Part shown: piece after piece, positions 30,587-40,263 of the stretch | How positions within the stretch are numbered: the first letter of the stretch is position 1 | Layout of the letters: each line of letters begins with the position of its first letter | Origin: Thermoanaerobaculia bacterium | Lineage (GTDB): Bacteria; Acidobacteriota; Thermoanaerobaculia; Multivoradales; UBA5704 | DNA: 64,000 nt | Assembly: GCA_044226625.1 (NCBI GenBank) | Contig: JBGAGQ010000011.1 | Location: 1 to 64,000 of the forward strand | Direction: 5' to 3' | The notes under the pieces: model-generated | Told to the model about the DNA's origin: nothing | The model's input: only the letters and a program-made list of their open reading frames with translations | Database searches by the model: none | Program-made: the position numbers and the translations under genes

Positions 30587-31102
30587 CTACCGAGGCCGAA
30601 GATGCTCGAGAACCATCTCTCGCGCGGCCTCCCACTCGTCGCGGCCGGCGAAGAAGCGCGGCAACAGAAAGAGGGCCGTGTGGAGGTCGAAGTAGACGAG
30701 CAGGATCTCGCCTCGGTCGCGGTAGCCGAAGAGGTCGTTCCAGGGATAGCGGCCTTGGCCGTAAGTTCCCTTCCATTCGACGCCAACGCTCGACAGGCTG
30801 CCGGAGAACGGCTCGCGGAGGCCGGGAGTGGTTTGCCAGACTTTCCGGGCCGCACGCCGGGGGGCGATGTAGAGGAACAGGGCGAGGAGCAGGAGAAGGA
30901 GCGCCCCCGGGAGGTTCTCCGAGAGATGAGCGGCATACTCTTTGAGGTCGGCGGCCAGGAAGGCGACGACGATCGCGCTCAAGTAGAGCCACGGCCAGAA
31001 CCTGAAGATCCTCGGGTAGCCGGCGAGATGGATGCGGCGGAAGTCGGCCTCGGTCAACAGGCCGGAGAAGGAGATTTCGGGGTCGCTCGTTTCGTCCGCC
31101 AT
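30587..31102 (-). CDS. YcxB-family membrane protein
   Basis: Two TM helices followed by a YPWNDL...LFLLPRFF PH-like domain. Confidence 0.7.
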   Translation of the reverse strand: MADETSDPEISFSGLLTEADFRRIHLAGYPRIFRFWPWLYLSAIVVAFLAADLKEYAAHLSENLPGALLLLLLALFLYIAPRRAARKVWQTTPGLREPFSGSLSSVGVEWKGTYGQGRYPWNDLFGYRDRGEILLVYFDLHTALFLLPRFFAGRDEWEAAREMVLEHLRPR

Positions 31103-31280
31103 CAGGGCCTTCCTCGCCGAGGACGATAACCCATCGAGCGATCCAGGACCCTTCGCCTCTCCCAGAGGGGGGCTCGTCCCCGGACGGAGGCGGTTGGCGT
31201 CGTATAGAGCGTCTTAAACGCCCAAGGCTTTTTCCGCGGACTAAAATGACCGGGACGAAGGCGCTCCTCTCGAGGTCACG

Positions 31281-33263
31281 ATGCGACGAGTTCTTCCCGT
31301 TCTTGCCCTGACCCTATGGACTCTAGTTTCCGTCGCTCGGCCCGCCGCGGCGGGTCCCGGACGATGGACGCCGTTCGGTCCGGCCGGGGGAGACGCGAAG
31401 GCGATCGTGGTCGATCCGACCGATCCGTCGACGATTTGGATCGTCTCCGGCAGGACGGTACACAAGAGCACGGACGGCGGGGTCACCTGGCGCTCGGCCT
31501 CGCGGGGCCTCGTCGGCGCGGTCGAGTTTCTGGCCGGCGATCCGGGCCGGCCGGATACCTTGTACGCCGCGATGTCGAGCGCGGCGCCCGGAATCTTCCG
31601 CACCGACGACGGCGGGGCGCATTGGACTCGGGTCGTCGGCGCCCGGCGGGATTTCACCTTCGTCTGGTCGCTCGCGGTGGCGCCGAGCGAAACCCCCGGC
31701 GGGCCAGGGGTCGTCTGGGTGGGTACGGTGCTTTCCGTCTTCCGCAGCCGAGACGGGGGCGTGACCTGGAAAGAAGTGCTGGGCAATCACCAATCGGCCG
31801 AGATCTACGTCGACATCGCGCCCGATCCGCTCCATCCCGGCACGGTCTACGCGGCGAACCTCAATCATCGATACAAGACGACCGACGGCGGCGACCACTG
31901 GCAACAGCTCCAAGAGATCCCGGGAGAGTTCCAGCCGCATATCAACGCCTTCGCCGTCGCGCCGAGCGATCCGCAGACCCTGTACGAATCGGGCGGACCT
32001 GGCGCGCTCTATCGCTCCCACGATGGCGGCATCTCTTGGGAAGGCCCCTTCCCGTTCGAGTTCGATCAGTTGGCGGTCGATCCGGTCGACCCCGACCGGG
32101 TCTACGGCGGCAATTCTCGCGGGCTGTTCTTGAGCCGTGACGGGGGCGAGAGCTTCCTCCCGGCGGAAGGACTTCCCGATCTCGACCTCAACACCACCTC
32201 GTTCTACGGTGTTCAGGCGCTCGCCACCGTCCCTGGTCGGGCGGGGTGGATCTTCGTCGGGACGAGAAAGGGCTTGTTCGTCTCGAAAGACGGCGGGGAT
32301 TCGTGGAGCGCTCCGGTTCGCAAGGGTCTGTACAAAAACCTGGTCGACCTTTTTCTCATCGACCCCTTCCGTCCGAACCACTGGGTGATTCAAATCCTTG
32401 GCACCGCGACGCAAACTCTCGATCGGGGCGTCACGTTCACGCCTTTCGCGACCACCCTGCCGGGGCGGCGTGTCACGCTCGCGTTCGATCCCTTCGTCTC
32501 CGGACGGATCTGGGCGACCTCGGGCGCCGAGACCGGATACCACCTGTTTCGGAGCGACGACGGTGGCGCGCATTGGTCACGCGTCCCGGGGACGATGCCT
32601 GCGGCCGAAACGCTCTCTTTCCCCGCGCCCAGGGTCCTTCTCGCCGGAGGTTTCGGGGGGATCTATCGCAGCGAGAATCTCGGTCGGACCTGGCGGAAGG
32701 TGCTGGACGGCGTTCTCGATCCACGCGACGAAAACTCGCTGGTCGCCTGGTTCCGTCGACTGGTCCAGGACCCGCGGCATCCGGAGCGGATCTATGGTCT
32801 CGCGACGACCTCGGCGCCTCACGTCTCCGGACCTCCCTTGATCTATCGAAGCGTGGACTTCGGCCGCACGTGGGAGCTTTGGCACACGAACGGCACGCTC
32901 GTCGCCTTCGATCCGTTCCGTCCGCGTGCAACGTACGTCGTCGAGGGCCATCGGGTCCTGGTGACCCTGAGCGACGGCGGATCATTCCGCCTGCTCGCGA
33001 CGCTCATGCAGCCGAACGGCCAATCTCTCACCTTGCTCGATCTCGTACCCGATCGCGCGCATCCCGGTGAGCTCTGGGCGGCCACGATCGGCGGTGTGCG
33101 CCGCAGCCTCGATGGAGGCAAGCACTGGCAGGACGTGAGCGAAGGTCTCGCCGAGGGGAGCCGAACGGTCGTACCGCTTCTGCGCCAGGATCCCGGCCGG
33201 TCCACGCAATGGCTCGCCGCGCCGGAAAGCGGCGGCCTCTGGCGGGCGGAATTCGCGCCCTAG
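31281..33263 (+). CDS. Secreted BNR/Asp-box (VPS10-like) beta-propeller protein
   Basis: Signal peptide and more than 10 S/T-x-D-G-G-x-T/S/H-W repeats. Confidence 0.88.
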   Translation: MRRVLPVLALTLWTLVSVARPAAAGPGRWTPFGPAGGDAKAIVVDPTDPSTIWIVSGRTVHKSTDGGVTWRSASRGLVGAVEFLAGDPGRPDTLYAAMSSAAPGIFRTDDGGAHWTRVVGARRDFTFVWSLAVAPSETPGGPGVVWVGTVLSVFRSRDGGVTWKEVLGNHQSAEIYVDIAPDPLHPGTVYAANLNHRYKTTDGGDHWQQLQEIPGEFQPHINAFAVAPSDPQTLYESGGPGALYRSHDGGISWEGPFPFEFDQLAVDPVDPDRVYGGNSRGLFLSRDGGESFLPAEGLPDLDLNTTSFYGVQALATVPGRAGWIFVGTRKGLFVSKDGGDSWSAPVRKGLYKNLVDLFLIDPFRPNHWVIQILGTATQTLDRGVTFTPFATTLPGRRVTLAFDPFVSGRIWATSGAETGYHLFRSDDGGAHWSRVPGTMPAAETLSFPAPRVLLAGGFGGIYRSENLGRTWRKVLDGVLDPRDENSLVAWFRRLVQDPRHPERIYGLATTSAPHVSGPPLIYRSVDFGRTWELWHTNGTLVAFDPFRPRATYVVEGHRVLVTLSDGGSFRLLATLMQPNGQSLTLLDLVPDRAHPGELWAATIGGVRRSLDGGKHWQDVSEGLAEGSRTVVPLLRQDPGRSTQWLAAPESGGLWRAEFAP

Positions 33264-33311
33264 CCGGAGCGGTGGACCGGTTTCGAACGCCTCTTTCCGG
33301 CCACCCGAGCC

Positions 33312-33791
33312 TCAGTCGACCCGGCCGCCCGCCTCGCGAATTTTTCGTTCGAGGAACTCGCGGAGCTCGGGGCCGAGGTCGGCGGGGGGAAGCGGCGTAG
33401 GCGTCTCGCCGAATTGGAGGATCCAGACGTCCGGAAAGCGGCGCAGCCTTCGGATCGCTTTCCACTGGAACGTCCCTTCCCGGTCGTCGGATCGGCATAC
33501 CAGCGAGTCCTCCTCGAACCGCCAGCGGATCGTTCCGGCTTCTCGCACCGCATCGGCGGCCCGGCCGGCGTAGGAGGCCCGGGAGATCCACCAAGCGACC
33601 GCGAAGGCGAACGTCGCCCCGAGCCCGAAGCCGGCGAACACCGGTTCGGCCTTCGCGAAGACCGCAACGGCCGAGATCGCGCCGACGAGCAGTAAACCGA
33701 TCCGCCAGCCGAGCGTGTCGCGCCAGACCGTCCGTCGATAGGCCAGCCGGGCCAGGTCCATCGTGGCCGGGTACGAGATCTCGTAGCTCAT
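33312..33791 (-). CDS. YcxB-family membrane protein
   Basis: Two TM helices followed by a FQWKAIRRL...PLP domain. Confidence 0.7.
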   Translation of the reverse strand: MSYEISYPATMDLARLAYRRTVWRDTLGWRIGLLLVGAISAVAVFAKAEPVFAGFGLGATFAFAVAWWISRASYAGRAADAVREAGTIRWRFEEDSLVCRSDDREGTFQWKAIRRLRRFPDVWILQFGETPTPLPPADLGPELREFLERKIREAGGRVD

Positions 33792-33872
33792 GGGCGTTCC
33801 CGATCTTATGGCCGATCCGAACCTCTCGATCGGCCGGTAGAATCGACGTCACGAGGCTCGGGGAGGAGACGT

Positions 33873-35267
33873 TTGAAGCGCAACCGGGTATTAGCGGGGC
33901 TGCTCATCACGATTCTCGCGAGCGCGGGCGCGGCCGGAGCGAAGGTCTCCGACGCCAAGCTCGCGGCGGATCTTCAAGCGTTGCTCGGCACCGACGTACG
34001 CGCATTCCGCGCGGCGTGCGAACGAGCCGAAAGATCGCGCGACCCGCGCTACGCGGCGCCCCTGGTGGAGATCCTTCGATTTCCGCTCGGGAGCGAGAAG
34101 GGCGCCGTGATCGCGGCGCTTCAGGCGATCGCCGGCCCCGAGGCGGAGATCGGCCGGGGCGAGCCGTGGCACGACGCCTTCGTCTGGCTCGGAGCGCGGA
34201 AAGATCCAAAGCTCCCCCCTGGATTCGCCGACTGGAAGGGGCGCCTGCTCGCCGCACGGGTCGATCCCGCGCTCCGCCGGTTCTTCTCGTTCGACGCGCC
34301 CGGCTCCGCGAGCCGCATCCCGATCGAGAGAATCCAGTGGGGCGGGGTGAAGAAGGACGGCATTCCGGCGCTCGATCGGCCCGAGCTGGTCGCGGCGTCG
34401 GCGGCCGACTACCTCACGCCGGACGATCGCGTATTCGGAGTCGAGATCCGCGGCGAGGCGCGCGCCTATCCGCTCCGCATCCTCGATTGGCACGAAATGG
34501 CGAACGACGTCGTGGGCGATACGCCGGTCTCGCTCGCCTACTGCACGCTGTGCGGCGCGGGGGTGCTCTACTCGACGAAGGTGGGCGATCGCACCTTTAC
34601 GTTCGGCTCCTCGGGTCTGCTCTACGAGAGCAACAAGCTGATGTACGACCGGCAGACCGAGACGCTCTGGAACCAGCTCACCGGCGAGCCGGTGGCCGGT
34701 CCCCTCGCGAGCTCCGGGCTGCACCTGACGCGGCTGCCGGTCGTCGTCACCACCTGGGCGAAATGGAAAAAGGACCATCCGACGACGCGCGTGCTCTCGC
34801 CCCGCACCGGCTTTTCCCGCGACTACACGCCGGGCAAACCGTACGGCCCGTATTTCGCGAGCCCCGACCTCATGTTCCCCGCGCTCGGCGCGAGCCCGCG
34901 CATGCCGGGCAAGACGAAGGTGTTCGCCCTCCTGCTCGGCGACGCGCCGAAGGCCTTCCCGCTCGAAAAGTTGCCGAAACCGGGCGTGATCTCGGACCGG
35001 GTAGGGGAAACCCCGGTCGTCTTGGTGATCGACGAGACAGGCGCCGTGCGGGCTTACGAGCGCGGGGATCGCACATTCGGGCCGGCGCTCCGACCGCTGC
35101 TCGGCTCGGTCTTCCTGGCCGATCAGGAGGGGCACGCCTGGAAGGTGGAGGAGGACCAGCTCACAGGGCCTGGCGCCCGCCGGCTCGCCCGGCTGCCGGG
35201 GCACGAGGCGTACTGGTTCGGCTGGTCGGCGTTCTACCCCAAGACCGATCTCTGGAGCCCGCCGTAA
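33873..35267 (+). CDS. DUF3179 domain secreted protein
   Basis: GGVKKDGIPALD, AYPLRILDWHEMAND, YCTLC, FGSSGLLYESN and YWFGWSAFYP. Confidence 0.9.
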   Translation: MKRNRVLAGLLITILASAGAAGAKVSDAKLAADLQALLGTDVRAFRAACERAERSRDPRYAAPLVEILRFPLGSEKGAVIAALQAIAGPEAEIGRGEPWHDAFVWLGARKDPKLPPGFADWKGRLLAARVDPALRRFFSFDAPGSASRIPIERIQWGGVKKDGIPALDRPELVAASAADYLTPDDRVFGVEIRGEARAYPLRILDWHEMANDVVGDTPVSLAYCTLCGAGVLYSTKVGDRTFTFGSSGLLYESNKLMYDRQTETLWNQLTGEPVAGPLASSGLHLTRLPVVVTTWAKWKKDHPTTRVLSPRTGFSRDYTPGKPYGPYFASPDLMFPALGASPRMPGKTKVFALLLGDAPKAFPLEKLPKPGVISDRVGETPVVLVIDETGAVRAYERGDRTFGPALRPLLGSVFLADQEGHAWKVEEDQLTGPGARRLARLPGHEAYWFGWSAFYPKTDLWSPP

Positions 35268-35310
35268 GCGAGGACTCTCTCGATCCCGGGCCGATGAAGC
35301 GAAGTAAAAC

Positions 35311-35340
35311 GAGAAAGGCGCCCGCGCGGGCGCCTTTCTC
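35311..35340. terminator. Hairpin terminator between convergent genes
   Basis: Perfect palindrome GAGAAAGGCGCCCGCGCGGGCGCCTTTCTC, followed by GTTTT on the minus strand. Confidence 0.75.
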
Positions 35341-35369
35341 GACTTCGATCGGAAGGGAGCGGGAGGCGC

Positions 35370-35975
35370 TTACTTCTTCGCCTCGGCCGGCTTGGCCTTG
35401 CCGACCTCCAGGTTGATCGCCACCTCGACGTCCTCGCCCAGCAGGGTGCCGCCGCTGTCGAGCGTCTTGTTCCAGACGATCCCGTAGTCCTTCCGGTTCA
35501 GCACGGTCTCGGTCGAGAAGCCCGCCTTGGTGTTGCCCCAGGGATCCTTCACCTCGCCGAGGAACTCGACCGGCAGGGTGATCGTCTTGGTCACGCCGTG
35601 CATCGTGAAGGCGCCGGTCACCTGGTAGCGGTTCTTCGCCACCTCCTTGACCGAGGTGCTCTTGAAGGTGATGTCCGGGAACTTCGCGACGTCGAAGAAG
35701 TCCGGCGAGCGAAGATGATTGTCCCGATCCCCGTTGGCGGTGTCGATGCTGGTCGCCTTGATCGTGAACTCGACCGAGGAAGCCGCGGGGTTGGCCGCGT
35801 CAAACTGAATCGTGCCGGAGAAATCGTTGAAACGCCCCGGGACTTTGCCCAGGAGGTGCTTGATCTTGAAGCTCACCTCCGAGTGTCCCTTGTCCACGTT
35901 GTAGGCGTCGGCCGCGAGCGCCGGCAGGCCGGCGGCGAGCAGGGAGAGGGCGGTTGCCGCGAGTAGTTTCTTCAT
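35370..35975 (-). CDS. yceI: YceI family polyisoprenoid-binding periplasmic protein
   Basis: Signal peptide, HSEVSF, SIDT...RDNHLRSPDFFD, HGVTK and DPWG. Confidence 0.93.
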   Translation of the reverse strand: MKKLLAATALSLLAAGLPALAADAYNVDKGHSEVSFKIKHLLGKVPGRFNDFSGTIQFDAANPAASSVEFTIKATSIDTANGDRDNHLRSPDFFDVAKFPDITFKSTSVKEVAKNRYQVTGAFTMHGVTKTITLPVEFLGEVKDPWGNTKAGFSTETVLNRKDYGIVWNKTLDSGGTLLGEDVEVAINLEVGKAKPAEAKK

Positions 35976-36028
35976 CGTCTTCGTCTCCTTCGTTGGTCGG
36001 TTGAGGGTGGTCTTTCCGGTCCTTCGAA

Positions 36029-36502
36029 TCACCGGCTGCCGGCGCGGATCGCGTCGAGCAGCCGAATCAGCTGGCTTTTTTCTTCGTCCGAGAGCATCGA
36101 AAGCGCCCGGTCGTCCGCGTCGCCCATCGGACCGTCGAGCGATGCGAGAAGCGCGAGACCTTCCGGAGTGATCCAGCAGAGCACCTGCCGGCGATCGTGC
36201 GGGCAGCGCTCGCGGCGCACCCAGCCCTTGGCTTCCAGGCGATCGATCAGGCGCGTGATGCCGGGCGACTCCTCGATCATCCGCGAGCCGATCTCCAGGG
36301 TGGGCAGACCGACGTCGCCCGCGCCGCGCAAGATGCGGAGGACGTTGTACTGCTGCAACGTGATCTCCTGGCCTTCGAGCGCGCGGCCGAAGGAGCGGCG
36401 GACCAGATCGGTGGTGCGCATCAATCCGAGCATGGCTTCCTGCGACAGGGAGCGGAACGGCCGGTTTTGGCGGATTTCCCGCTGGAGCACGCTCTCGTTC
36501 AC
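36029..36502 (-). CDS. MarR family regulator
   Basis: QYNVLRILRG...TRLIDRLEAKGWVRR...DRR, with GTG start at 36502. Confidence 0.92.
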   Translation of the reverse strand: MNESVLQREIRQNRPFRSLSQEAMLGLMRTTDLVRRSFGRALEGQEITLQQYNVLRILRGAGDVGLPTLEIGSRMIEESPGITRLIDRLEAKGWVRRERCPHDRRQVLCWITPEGLALLASLDGPMGDADDRALSMLSDEEKSQLIRLLDAIRAGSR

Positions 36503-36508
36503 GGGAGG

Positions 36509-36538
36509 ATCATTGCAGATCAATGGTTGACGTGTCAA
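36509..36538 (-). promoter_or_regulatory. marR-yceI promoter with dyad operator over the -35 element
   Basis: TTGACA-18 bp-AATGAT with an extended TG. Predicted +1 falls at the GTG start. The dyad TTGAC-NN-GTCAA is at 36527-36538. Confidence 0.6.
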
Positions 36539-36604
36539 GTATCGATTTCGCGCAAGCGTTGCCCTGCCGGGCAGGTACAACCCGTTTTAGCGATTACCTA
36601 CGGT

Positions 36605-37531
36605 TCAGCCGTAGCTTTCCCGATGAATCCGCGGCTCCGGGACGCCCAGGTTCGAGAGGGCGGAGAGGACGGTTTCGATGAAGCGGGGCGCCGGCTCTTC
36701 GCCCCGTTCGGCCGCCGCTTGCCGCTCGAAGCTTCCGATCGCCGGGCCACACGCAAAGATCTCGACTGCCGTGGGATCCGGGACGAATTCGCGGATCAGC
36801 GCCTCGTCCACTCGGCCGGCTCGGACGTTCGGGCCGAAGGTCTCCGGCGCGGGCTCGCGCGAGAGGGCGTGCACCACCTCGAGCCGATCGGGATGGCGGA
36901 GGGCGAGCTCCTCCAGGGCGTTCCGGAAGATGACGTCGCTCCAGGTCCGGTTGCCGTAAATCAGCGTGTGCCGAAGCTTCTTCTCCGTCGCCAGGCAGTG
37001 CTTGAGGATGCTGAAATTGGGCACGATCCCCGAGCCGGCGCACAGGTGCACCAGATGGTCGGCCCGGCTTTCGACGTCATCCGCAAGGACGTACGGTCCG
37101 CCGAATCCCGTGACCTTCATCCGCGTGCCCGGCAGGGTGTGATCGACGAGCAGCGGTGACAGGAGCGGGGGATAGCGAGTCACCCCCGAGACGTAGCGCT
37201 CCTGCTTGACGGTGATCGCGAGCGAGCCCTCGTGCGGGGCCGAGGAGAGCGAGTAAGCGCGGGCCGGCTCGCGCCTCCCCTTCACGTCCTCGAAATAGGC
37301 GCAGATTCCCTCGAGCGTCGGGAACTGCTGCGGCCGAATGGTGAGGAAGTGCCCGGGCAGATAGTCGAGCCGGTCGTTGCCGGTGAACAGCATGAGCGTC
37401 GCGGCGTCCGCCGTCTCCCGGACCACCTCGGCGACGATCACCTCCATCTCCTTGAGGCGCGGGCGGTGGGCGGTTCCCGCGCCGTGCGCCCCATGGAGAT
37501 GGTCGCAGGGTTCTGCCGCTGGCTCGGACAC
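36605..37531 (-). CDS. FNR-like FAD/NAD(P)-binding oxidoreductase without a 2Fe-2S domain
   Basis: RAYSLSS, AGSGIVP and FACGP. Confidence 0.85.
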   Translation of the reverse strand: MSEPAAEPCDHLHGAHGAGTAHRPRLKEMEVIVAEVVRETADAATLMLFTGNDRLDYLPGHFLTIRPQQFPTLEGICAYFEDVKGRREPARAYSLSSAPHEGSLAITVKQERYVSGVTRYPPLLSPLLVDHTLPGTRMKVTGFGGPYVLADDVESRADHLVHLCAGSGIVPNFSILKHCLATEKKLRHTLIYGNRTWSDVIFRNALEELALRHPDRLEVVHALSREPAPETFGPNVRAGRVDEALIREFVPDPTAVEIFACGPAIGSFERQAAAERGEEPAPRFIETVLSALSNLGVPEPRIHRESYG

Positions 37532-37553
37532 GGTCGCGCTCGGCGGGCTTCCG

Positions 37554-38624
37554 CTACACGTTGAACCGGATGTTCGTCACGTCGCCGTCCTTCATCTCAT
37601 ATTCTTTCCCCTCGAGCCGGAGGAGGCCCGCGTCGCGGCAGGCGGCGGTCGTCTTCAAGCGAAGGAGATCTTCCCAGCCGACCACCTCGGCGCGGATGAA
37701 GCCCCGTTCGAGATCGGAGTGGATGGTGCCCGCAGCCTCGCGGGCCTTCGTGCCGCGCTTGATGGTCCAGGCGCGCACCTCGTCCTCGCCAACCGTGAAG
37801 AAGGCGATCAGTCCGAGCAGATCGAAGCTCGCCCGGGTGACGCGAGCGAGACTCGGCTCGGTGAGCCCGAGGGAGGAAAGGAAGTCGCCCTGCTCGGCGG
37901 CCGGAAGGCGGGAGATCTCTTCCTCGATCGGGGCCGAGACGACCACCGCGCGGACCGCCGGGCGGAGGCGGATGCCGAGCGTCTGCGGATCGGCGGTCGC
38001 GACCTGCGCCTCGTCGACGTTGATGACCAGGAGCATCGGCTTCGCCGACAGGAGCTGAAAACCGCGCAGCCTGCGGTCGTCGTCCGCGTCGAGCTCGACC
38101 TCGCGCAGCGGGATCTCTTTTTCGAGCGCCGGCAGGATGATCTCCGAGAGCAGGTGCTTCTCCCGCACCTCCTCCGGGTTCAAGCCGCGCTTGCTCGCCT
38201 TGTCGAGGCGGTCGAGGCGCTTCTCTACCAGGGTGTGGTCGGCGAGGATCAGCTCGAGGTCGACCGTCTCGACGTCGCGCGCCGGGTCGACGGCCCCCTC
38301 CGGATGGAGGATCTCGGCGTCGGAAAACGCCCGAACGACGTGAACCAGCGCGTCGACGTTCTTGAGCTTCGCGAGGTCCAGGCTCTCGGCCGATTCCCCT
38401 TTGCGGATGCCCGGGATATCGACGTATTGGACGGTCGCCGGAACGTATCGCTTCGGCTTGAATAGATCGCGCAACTGCTCGAGACGCCGGTCGGCGACCT
38501 GGGCGATGCCGATGTTGGTTTCCGCCGAGGCGCTGAACTTGTCGGTCGCCTGATTCGACGCGGTCAGGGTATTGAAAAGGGTGGTCTTACCGGCTTTGGG
38601 GAAGCCGAGGATTCCGAGTTGCAT
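37554..38624 (-). CDS. ychF: Redox-regulated ribosome-binding ATPase YchF
   Basis: GxPxAGKTTLFN, VDIPG, FFTVGEDEVRAW, IHSDLERGFIRAEV and RFNV. Confidence 0.95.
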   Translation of the reverse strand: MQLGILGFPKAGKTTLFNTLTASNQATDKFSASAETNIGIAQVADRRLEQLRDLFKPKRYVPATVQYVDIPGIRKGESAESLDLAKLKNVDALVHVVRAFSDAEILHPEGAVDPARDVETVDLELILADHTLVEKRLDRLDKASKRGLNPEEVREKHLLSEIILPALEKEIPLREVELDADDDRRLRGFQLLSAKPMLLVINVDEAQVATADPQTLGIRLRPAVRAVVVSAPIEEEISRLPAAEQGDFLSSLGLTEPSLARVTRASFDLLGLIAFFTVGEDEVRAWTIKRGTKAREAAGTIHSDLERGFIRAEVVGWEDLLRLKTTAACRDAGLLRLEGKEYEMKDGDVTNIRFNV

Positions 38625-38740
38625 GGGGGCTCTCCGGGGATCGGGTCAAGAGAAAGCGTACGAGCGGAGAATACCGCAGGGCGAACGGGACCTTCGGCGG
38701 GCGCCGCTGCCGGCCCGCCGGAAGATCCCAGAGACCCGAC

Positions 38741-39748
38741 CTAGAACGTGAGGCAGATCTTTCCGAAGTGGTCGCCGGCCGCCATGGATTCGAGCGCGGC
38801 GGCCAGATCGGTCCACGGATAGCTCCGATCGACCACCGGCCGCAGCCGATGAAGCTCGATCGCCCGGTTCATCCGCTCGAAGCTCTCGCGCGAGCCGACC
38901 AGCACCCCTTGGACGCGCACCGCCTGCATGAAGATCGAGGTGAGCTGAAGCGCGGCGGCGTTCCCGTCGAGGATCCCGATCAGCGCGACGGTGCCCCCGA
39001 TCCGCACCGCCCGAAGCGACTGCTCGAGCGTCCCGGCGCCGCCGATCTCCACCACGAGATCGACCCCCCGGTCGCCCGCGGCGGTCCGCACCGCAGCACC
39101 CCACGCGGGCTCTTTGCGCGAATCGATCACCGCCTCGGCGCCAAGGGCGAGCAGACGCTCGGCGCGTTCCGCCCGGCGGGTGGTCGCGAGCACCCGGGCG
39201 CCGCGCAGCCTCGCGAGCTGCAGCGCGAAGATCGCGACGCCGCCGGTCCCCTGGATGAGGACCGTATCGCCCGCTCCGATCGCGCCCGCGTCTAGCGCCG
39301 ACCAGGCCGTGAGAGCCGCGCAAGGGAGCGTGGCGGCCTCCTCGTCCGAAAGATGGTCGGGAACGCGAACGAGCCCCTCTTCCGACATCGCGATCCGCTC
39401 CTGGAGCACGCCGTCGAGCGGCCCCCCCAGGGTGGCGCGGACCAGCTCGCGTGCGGGCTCCCCCGCAATCCACCGCGGATTGAGGGTTGTCGCGACCCGA
39501 TCTCCGACGGCGAAGCGCCGGACCCCTGCCCCGACCGCCTCGACCACCCCCGCGCCGTCCGAGCAGGGGACGAGCGGCAGGCGCTGCTTCGGGTTGTAGG
39601 AGCCCTGGATCATCATCAGGTCGCGGTAGTTGAGCGAGGCCGCACGGAGGCCGACGACGACCTCCCCCGGGCCGGCGACCGGCTCGGGGCGCTCGACGAG
39701 CGTGAGGTTCTCGCGGCCGAACGCACCACGGACTTCGATCGCGCGCAT
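38741..39748 (-). CDS. MDR-family NAD(P)-dependent oxidoreductase
   Basis: SLNYRD, PCSDGAG, LPCAALTAW, QGTGGV and HFGKI. ATG at 39748. Confidence 0.92.
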   Translation of the reverse strand: MRAIEVRGAFGRENLTLVERPEPVAGPGEVVVGLRAASLNYRDLMMIQGSYNPKQRLPLVPCSDGAGVVEAVGAGVRRFAVGDRVATTLNPRWIAGEPARELVRATLGGPLDGVLQERIAMSEEGLVRVPDHLSDEEAATLPCAALTAWSALDAGAIGAGDTVLIQGTGGVAIFALQLARLRGARVLATTRRAERAERLLALGAEAVIDSRKEPAWGAAVRTAAGDRGVDLVVEIGGAGTLEQSLRAVRIGGTVALIGILDGNAAALQLTSIFMQAVRVQGVLVGSRESFERMNRAIELHRLRPVVDRSYPWTDLAAALESMAAGDHFGKICLTF

Positions 39749-40206
39749 CAGCCCTCGTGCGCTCCGCCCAACGTGCCGGCATCGCTCGCGAGCGCCTGCC
39801 GCATCCGCTCGGCGAGGTCGCGTCCCGAAGATTCGCCGAGCTTGCCGGCGGTCCAGCCGAGGCCAAGCCCTTGCGAACCGAACTTCGGGATGACGTGGAA
39901 GTGGACGTGCATCACCACCTGATGCGCCTCCCAGCCGTTGTTCTGCAGGATGTTGTAGGCGGTCGCGCCGGTCGCCCGCATCACCGCGCGGCAGATCCGC
40001 GGCATCGCCCGGCCGAGCGCGGCGGCCGACTCGTCCGACAGCTGGTGCAGGTGGGCTTTCCGCTCTTTCGGGATGATCAGCGTGTGCCCCTCGGACAACG
40101 GGCCGATGTCGAGAAACGCGAAGACCTGATCGTCCTCGTACACCTTGTAGCTCGGGATCTCGCCCGACAGGATCTTGTCGAAAATCGTCGATTGGTGGTC
40201 GCTCAT
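39748..40206 (-). CDS. HIT family nucleotide hydrolase
   Basis: IFDKILSGEIP, GHTLIIPK and the HVHFHVIP triad. Confidence 0.95.
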   Translation of the reverse strand: MSDHQSTIFDKILSGEIPSYKVYEDDQVFAFLDIGPLSEGHTLIIPKERKAHLHQLSDESAAALGRAMPRICRAVMRATGATAYNILQNNGWEAHQVVMHVHFHVIPKFGSQGLGLGWTAGKLGESSGRDLAERMRQALASDAGTLGGAHEG

Positions 40207-40263
40207 AGCCGGAGATTTTAACCGCTCGGTCGGCGAAGCGAGGCCGGCCGGCTCCTTCGAGAG

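Noticed and set aside
33873-35267. Selenoprotein recoding in the DUF3179 gene
   Set aside because: The motif is encoded TGC-ACG-CTG-TGC (CxxC) with no in-frame TGA.
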